From an uncultured Methanomicrobiales archaeon (lineage in GTDB: Archaea > Halobacteriota > Methanomicrobia > Methanomicrobiales > Methanospirillaceae), in NCBI GenBank assembly GCA_963758915.1, contig CAVWXH010000003.1:256001-320000 (forward strand): a stretch of 64,000 bases of DNA, given 5' to 3'. A program made the position numbers and the translations under genes. The notes under the pieces were generated by a model, which did no database searches, was not told the origin of the DNA, and worked only from the letters and a program-made list of their open reading frames with translations. Positions 58,216 to 64,000 of the stretch are shown here, piece by piece (within the stretch, counting starts at the first letter, position 1; every line of letters starts with the position of its first letter).

Positions 58216-60976
58216 TTGTATTCGATCCTCTGTGTTGATGATGAGCCCGTTCTTATCGAACTTGCAAAAACTTTTCTCGAGAAAACCCGGGGATTTGAAG
58301 TTCAGACAGACTCTGTCAGCAACCGAGGCGCTCATATTGCTTAAGTCCCGGCACTTTGATGCGATCGTATCTGATTACCAGATGCCTGAAATGGACGGGA
58401 TTGTTTTTTTAAAATCAGTCCGGAAAGACCATGGAGATCTCCCATTCATCCTTTTCACAGGAAAAGGGAGGGAAGATGTTGCTATCGAGGCGATAAATAA
58501 CGGGGCCGATTTTTATCTCCAGAAAGGGGGCGAACCAAAATCGCAGTTTGTTGAACTGGCGCATAAGATCAGGATTGCTGTCGATAAAAAACGGACAGAG
58601 GACCAGTTGGACGAGTCAAAACAGCGGATGGCAGACATTATTAATTTCCTGCCCGATGCCACGCTTGCAATTAATAAGTACGGGGTAGTTATTGCCTGGA
58701 ACCGGGCAATCGAAGAGATGACCGGTGTCCCTGCTGCAGAAATGATTGGGAAAGGTAATTATGAGTACGCGGTCCCCTTCTATGGAGAACGGCGTCCTAT
58801 CCTGATCGACCTGGTTTTCAAATCTGATGTGGAGCTGACCACACGTTATTATTCAATTATCAAAAAAGAGGGAGATATTCTCATCGCGGAGACCTCCCTG
58901 CCACGTCCGCTTGGTACCAAAAAAATTCTCCTCGGCAAGGCTTCGATCCTGTATGACAATAAGGGGGATGTGGCGGGCGCTATTGAATCAATACGGGATA
59001 TCACTGAACGAAAAGCCGTGGAGATTGCCCTGGAGGCAAGTGAACAGCAGTACAGGAACGTGGTCGAAGAGCAGAAGGAATTTATCTGCCGGTTTTCACC
59101 AGACGGTACACATGTCTTTGTAAACGATGCATATTGCCGCTATTTCAACAGGAGAAAACAGGATATCATCGGTGAAAAATTCTCACCGCGGATCCCTGCA
59201 GCAGATAAAAAACTGGTACTGGAGCATTTTAACTCATTAACCATCGATAACCCCATAGCAACGGTTACCCACCGTATTATCATGGACGATGGGAAGGTAC
59301 GGTGGCAACGCTGGAGTGACCGGGCAATTTTTGACGCCCGGGGGAATCTGGTAGAATACCAGTCGGTAGGCAGGGATTTCACCGATCAGAAAAACATCGA
59401 GGAGGCATTGAAAGAAAGTGAAACCCGGTACCGGAATGTCGTTGAAGATCAAACCGAACTAATTTCCCGTTTTCTTCCTGATGGGACTCATATTTTTGTG
59501 AATGACGCGTACTGCAGGTATTTCGGAATTAATAGAGAGGACCTTATCGACAGGAGATTTATGCCGGATATGCCGGATAAAGACAAGGCAGAAATGCGGA
59601 AATTTCTTTCCTCGCTTACCATTTCCCATCCCATTGGGACGATTGAACATGCGATCCTGATGCCCGACGGGGAGGTCCGCTGGCAGCAGTGGTCTGACCG
59701 GGCAATTTTTGATGAGGCTGGCAGGGTAAAGGAGTACCAGTCTGTCGGCAGGGATGTTACTGAGCGTAAAAACACTGAAATAGCTCTTGAACAATCGCGG
59801 ATGGCTTTACAACGCGAAGAAGCCCGCCTGGAGATACTGTTAAAATTTTACCAGATGGACAAAGATTCCCAAAAAGACCTCTTGATCTATGCAATTGAGG
59901 AAGGTGTACGGATGACGGATAGTACAGTCGGGTACCTCGCTTTTGTCAGCGATGACGAATCCGTCTTAACAATGTACGCCTGGTCTGAAACCGCGATGAT
60001 GGAGTGTTCGACCAGTAAAAAACCAATCGAGTACAAGGTCTCGGCTACCGGCTTATGGGGGGAGGCAGTACGGCAGAGAAAGCCGGTGATTACCAACGAT
60101 TATGCAGCTCCAAACCCCCTCAAAAAGGGACATCCGGAGGGGCACGTTTCTATCACCCGGCACATGAATATCCCTGTTTTAGATGGCACCCATATTGTCC
60201 TGGTTGCCGGGGTAGGTAACAAGCCGTCAGACTATAATGATAACGATGCCAGGGAGCTGACCCTCCTGATGAATGGCCTGTGGAATGTGATCAGGCGGCG
60301 GCGGGCAGAAGATGCTCTTCAGAAGTCCAACCGGAAGCTCCAGCTGATGAATAATATTACCCGTCATGATATCCTGAACCAGCTGACTGCACTCAATGGC
60401 TACCTCGAACTCTCCGGTGAATGCACTGACCAGCCAGGTCAGATAATGGAATATATTGAGAAAGAGAGAAGAATTGTTGGAATTATTGAGCAACAACTCG
60501 CATTTACGAGGGATTACCAGAACCTTGGTATCAATGCACCCACATGGCAGAGTGTGAATGATACCGTCCGGAGGGGAACCGCAATATTGCCAATGAACGA
60601 TATCAGGGTCCAGTATGACCCCCGGGATGTGGAGGTGTTCGCTGACCCGATGTTTGAGAAGGCATTTTACAACCTGATCCAGAATTCACTGAATTACGGG
60701 GGGGACCAGATGAAAACAATCCGCGTCTCATCGTACGAGTCCAACCAGGTGACCAGGATCATCTATGAGGATGATGGCAAAGGAATCTCCCCTGAAGATA
60801 AAGAACACCTGTTTAAACTCGGATTCGGGACACACACAGGATTCGGGCTCCATCTGTCCCGTGAGATCCTGGCGATCACCGGAATAACAATAACCGAGAA
60901 TGGCGGGCAGGGTAGGGGTGCACGATTTGAGATAGTGGTCCCAAAGGGGATAGCCCGTTTAAAGGTACCGGAATAG
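58216..60976 (+). pseudogene. Hybrid sensor histidine kinase REC-PAS-PAS-PAS-GAF-HK, +1 frameshift near 58309
   Basis: YSILCVDDEP in one frame, DAIVSDYQMPEMDG..FTGKG in the next; ITRHDILNQL, N box NL..NS, DDGKG, GFGL; span is 3n+1. Confidence 0.88.
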
Positions 60977-61191
60977 CAGGGTTTAAAAGATGTTTTATAC
61001 CCGGGATATATTTTCACATACTACACCGTTGACGAATCACATCTTCAAAAACAGGTCGTACCGGACCTTTCATGCTGTTCGATTCGATGACGGGTACCTG
61101 TTGTTGTAACTCTCTTCAAAGGGATCCCGGTACCATTCGTAAAATCAGACAGGGGAAACTATTAACCTCTTCATATGGGAACATCCTGTTC

Positions 61192-63027
61192 ATGAAGATA
61201 ATGCTCCACAACCAGAAATTATTGGTCTGCCACCTTATGATAGCGGCCATGTTATGCCTGATTGTTATCCCGGTATGTGCAGAGGCCGCAGTTGTTACAA
61301 CGAACCCGGATGAGGCCACGATGGTAATGATGCCGATTCCCGGGAAGGAATACCGTCAACACGTCAAGTGGTATGAGCTGTCACCGAAGGTGCTGACGAA
61401 GAACAAGTATTTCCTGACTTCGCTCGACCTTACCTCGTATATCCCTTACGATCCCAAGGAGAGGAACCAGGGGAATATCAGTAACTGCTGGGTATGGGCA
61501 GGAACCGGGGGTATGGAACTTGACCACAGCAGAAATGATGATGTAATGGACCGGTTGTCGATACAGTATTTCGACTCCCTCTATAACGGGGGTAAAGGTG
61601 ATTCCTGGGCGGGAGTCGGAGGGTACACTACAGATTTTGTCGCTTTTTACCAGAAGAAGAAAATTGCTGTCCCCTGGTCCAATAAAAATGCCGCTTACGA
61701 GGACTACAGGGACTTGTGCTTCACTGAAAAAAAATCGTGGTCGGTTATTACCAACACCCCGGTAAGTAAAATGCCTCAGTACCCTGTGGATGCAATCGAG
61801 ACCTACCCGATTGCCACATCTTCAGTATCCCAGGGTGAAGCGATTAAGAATATCAAGTATCCCCTCCAGCACGGCGGGGCGGTGCTGGTCAGCCTGTACT
61901 TTGCCGATAAAAAATCAAGCCATGATTTTATGACTTTCTGGAAATTCCAGGGTGAAGAGGCAGTATTTGACTTTGACCCTTACAACGGACAGGTGATGAA
62001 TAACAGCGAGTCCTCCTCTCACCAGGTCCTCTGTGTTGGATATGATGATGAGAGCGATTCATGGCTGATGCTGAACAGCTGGCCGACCGAATTTCCAGGT
62101 CTGGCAGGTCGCCCGAATAACCTTTTCCGCATTAAAATGCACTCCAATTACAATGCCGAGCTGTTAAAACCCGTTGATACGGAATGTCCCGGATGTCCGG
62201 AGTTTTTCCACCAGGTAATCACGGAATGGGTTGTTCTGAAAACAAAATTTGCCAGTAAAAAGACGTCTTATTCAGTAATGGACTCCGTGGCCTATTTCGA
62301 GGCCGGAACATGGTATATCGATCTCAACAAAGATGGCAAACTGAGTGAAAAAAATGACCTCGTGTACCGGAAGTTCGGGCAGGCCGGGGACATCCCGGTC
62401 CAGGGTATGTGGGCACGTGGACAAGGAACGGTTGCGGCGGTTTTCAGGAACGGGAACTGGTTTATTGACAGCAATGGGAACGGGAAATTAGACCGGGGGG
62501 TTGATGCAGTCTACAGGGGACTGGGAGACCAGAAAGGAGATGTGCCCGTTGTCGGGGACTGGAACGGTGATGGTCTTGATGAAGCAGGGTTCTACCGGAG
62601 CGGTCAATGGTATCTCGATACCAATGGTGACGGGACATTTGACAGAAGAAATGACACATATTACCCGCAGTTCGGAGGCCGGAAAGGGGATATACCACTT
62701 GCCGGCCGGTGGTATGCCGAGGATGAACGGGATTACCCGTGGATATACCAGGGGGATGGCACCTGGCTCATCGACTCAAACATGGACGGCTCATACAACA
62801 GGGATACCGATGTTACCCTCATGGGGTTCGGGAATTCAAGGCAAAGTCCTGTCATCGGGGACTGGAGAGGAAGCGGGTCGGATTACCCGACACTGTACAG
62901 CAAGGGGGACTGGCAGCTTGACACCGAACCACCATTTGGGACATTCTCGGATATTGATGAGAAACTTTCAGGGTTTGGATCGAAGGAGAGTATCCCGGTA
63001 GCCTGGCGCCCCGTGATTGCCAGGTAG
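61192..63027 (+). CDS. Secreted papain-like (C1A) cysteine peptidase with C-terminal FG-GAP/VCBS-like repeats
   Basis: QG..SNCW, HQVLCVGY, NSW; repeated W.ID.N.DG..FG..GD.PV.G.W units; start uncertain. Confidence 0.85.
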   Translation: MKIMLHNQKLLVCHLMIAAMLCLIVIPVCAEAAVVTTNPDEATMVMMPIPGKEYRQHVKWYELSPKVLTKNKYFLTSLDLTSYIPYDPKERNQGNISNCWVWAGTGGMELDHSRNDDVMDRLSIQYFDSLYNGGKGDSWAGVGGYTTDFVAFYQKKKIAVPWSNKNAAYEDYRDLCFTEKKSWSVITNTPVSKMPQYPVDAIETYPIATSSVSQGEAIKNIKYPLQHGGAVLVSLYFADKKSSHDFMTFWKFQGEEAVFDFDPYNGQVMNNSESSSHQVLCVGYDDESDSWLMLNSWPTEFPGLAGRPNNLFRIKMHSNYNAELLKPVDTECPGCPEFFHQVITEWVVLKTKFASKKTSYSVMDSVAYFEAGTWYIDLNKDGKLSEKNDLVYRKFGQAGDIPVQGMWARGQGTVAAVFRNGNWFIDSNGNGKLDRGVDAVYRGLGDQKGDVPVVGDWNGDGLDEAGFYRSGQWYLDTNGDGTFDRRNDTYYPQFGGRKGDIPLAGRWYAEDERDYPWIYQGDGTWLIDSNMDGSYNRDTDVTLMGFGNSRQSPVIGDWRGSGSDYPTLYSKGDWQLDTEPPFGTFSDIDEKLSGFGSKESIPVAWRPVIAR

Positions 63028-63158
63028 CAGGATGGCCGGGTTAAACCACACCCTCAAACAATTTCCATTACCTCACAAAAAATATGCTGTTCACCTGGAG
63101 CCGGGGGTCCCAATACGGTGAAACTGCTGAAGGCCGCAATCAGCCATCTCCACGTATC

Positions 63159-63566
63159 TCATGTTGAATCGCTTGCGGTATTTCCCGCCACCAGGTGCCT
63201 GTCGCCCCCCATTGTGCAACATTCCGGAACGTAATACCGCTTCCCGCCGCTTAACGTCTTCCCGCAGAAGTCACGGCAGGTAGCCGGCCGGGTCTCGTAG
63301 ATATCACACACCCACTTCCGTAGCTCGCTGCCATCAGGTTTATCCTCACATAAGTGCCGGCATGGTGCATCGGCAAGGAAATAGCCTTCTGCTTCCTTAA
63401 GCCCCCGTTCCCGGAGATACTGAACCTGGTGGGGCTTGCACTGCCGGACGGGGACGATGGGGAGCCATCGGCAGCACTCACCGCATCGATTGCAGGTGCC
63501 GGGTAATGGTGAATTTTTAGACGGTTTCATCGTAGTACCTGGTTGGTTCGGAACATGGGTAAACAT
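63159..63566 (-). CDS. YkgJ-family CxxCxxCC cluster protein
   Basis: CNRCGECC, PC.HL, C.IYETRP.TCR.F. Confidence 0.85.
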   Translation of the reverse strand: MFTHVPNQPGTTMKPSKNSPLPGTCNRCGECCRWLPIVPVRQCKPHQVQYLRERGLKEAEGYFLADAPCRHLCEDKPDGSELRKWVCDIYETRPATCRDFCGKTLSGGKRYYVPECCTMGGDRHLVAGNTASDST

Positions 63567-63620
63567 TGAGGATCGGGAACGAGGTTTTACTATGATTCAA
63601 TACCAGTCCGGAAAAAAGAA

Positions 63621-63998
63621 TTATTCTTTATATCCCGTCTTTTCGTTTAGTTTCTTCTCAAGGTCCCAGAGGAGGAACATATCAATATCAGCATAGGTCT
63701 TCTCCCCGACCTCGAACGGGTTGTCCATATCCCTTATCAGGAGCAGGAGTGCGGTGAGCAGCATGGAGAGGACCGTAAACAGGACAAGTCCCTCGTAAAA
63801 TGGGTCAAGTTTCACAAAAAACAGTAAGATTATCACACCTGCTGCAGCGAGTTCTGCAATAGCGTACGCTGCCGGTATGAACGATGTCTCTGCAATGGTC
63901 TTGACCCGGTGCGACAGGCGGTCAACTGCCGTAAGTTCACTTTTAAGTTTTATAATAAAATTCGGGGGGACTCCCTCGTCAACCAGGGTTGAAATGTC
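63621..63998 (-). CDS. Bestrophin-like/DUF4239-type membrane protein, 5'-truncated
   Basis: Frame open to window end; two TM then IRDMDNPF motif. Confidence 0.6.
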   Translation of the reverse strand, partial: DISTLVDEGVPPNFIIKLKSELTAVDRLSHRVKTIAETSFIPAAYAIAELAAAGVIILLFFVKLDPFYEGLVLFTVLSMLLTALLLLIRDMDNPFEVGEKTYADIDMFLLWDLEKKLNEKTGYKE

Positions 63999-64000
63999 TG

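Noticed and set aside
59040-59790. Tandem ~375-bp direct repeat
   Set aside because: Ordinary in-frame PAS domain duplication within the kinase
1-64000. CRISPR arrays, rRNA, transposases, proviral genes
   Set aside because: No regularly spaced repeats, rRNA signatures or transposase/integrase/capsid motifs seen

Overview
Chromosomal segment of a methanogenic archaeon, most likely Methanomicrobiales (Methanoregula/Methanolinea-like; inferred from gene repertoire). Housekeeping content: cbf5 (partial), tRNA-Ser(GGA), tRNA-Ile(GAT), iorAB, a MiaB-type methylthiotransferase, nadX-nadC, hom with an ACT partner, a complete echA-F hydrogenase operon, a complete trpEGDCFBA operon with TGTACA boxes upstream, and several transporters and surface proteins. 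Accessory highlights: (1) a mercury-methylation hgcC-hgcA-hgcB cluster; (2) an uncharacterised, tightly packed six-gene operon (53441-55696) encoding a CDC48-N-like/amphipathic-repeat/TrkA-C protein, three paralogous Y[LF]D..EW coiled-coil proteins, a membrane coiled-coil protein and an 8-Cys zinc finger, which is my best candidate for an undescribed system; (3) an ABC ATPase + TOPRIM-like gene pair resembling PARIS/split-OLD defence modules, next to an M23 peptidase; (4) a VapB-like antitoxin coupled to an unknown small gene behind an extremely AT-rich island; (5) dispersed structured intergenic repeats; (6) a probable ATT start for trpF; (7) three +1 frameshifts that may be assembly errors. 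All family calls come from motif recognition by eye, not database searches.
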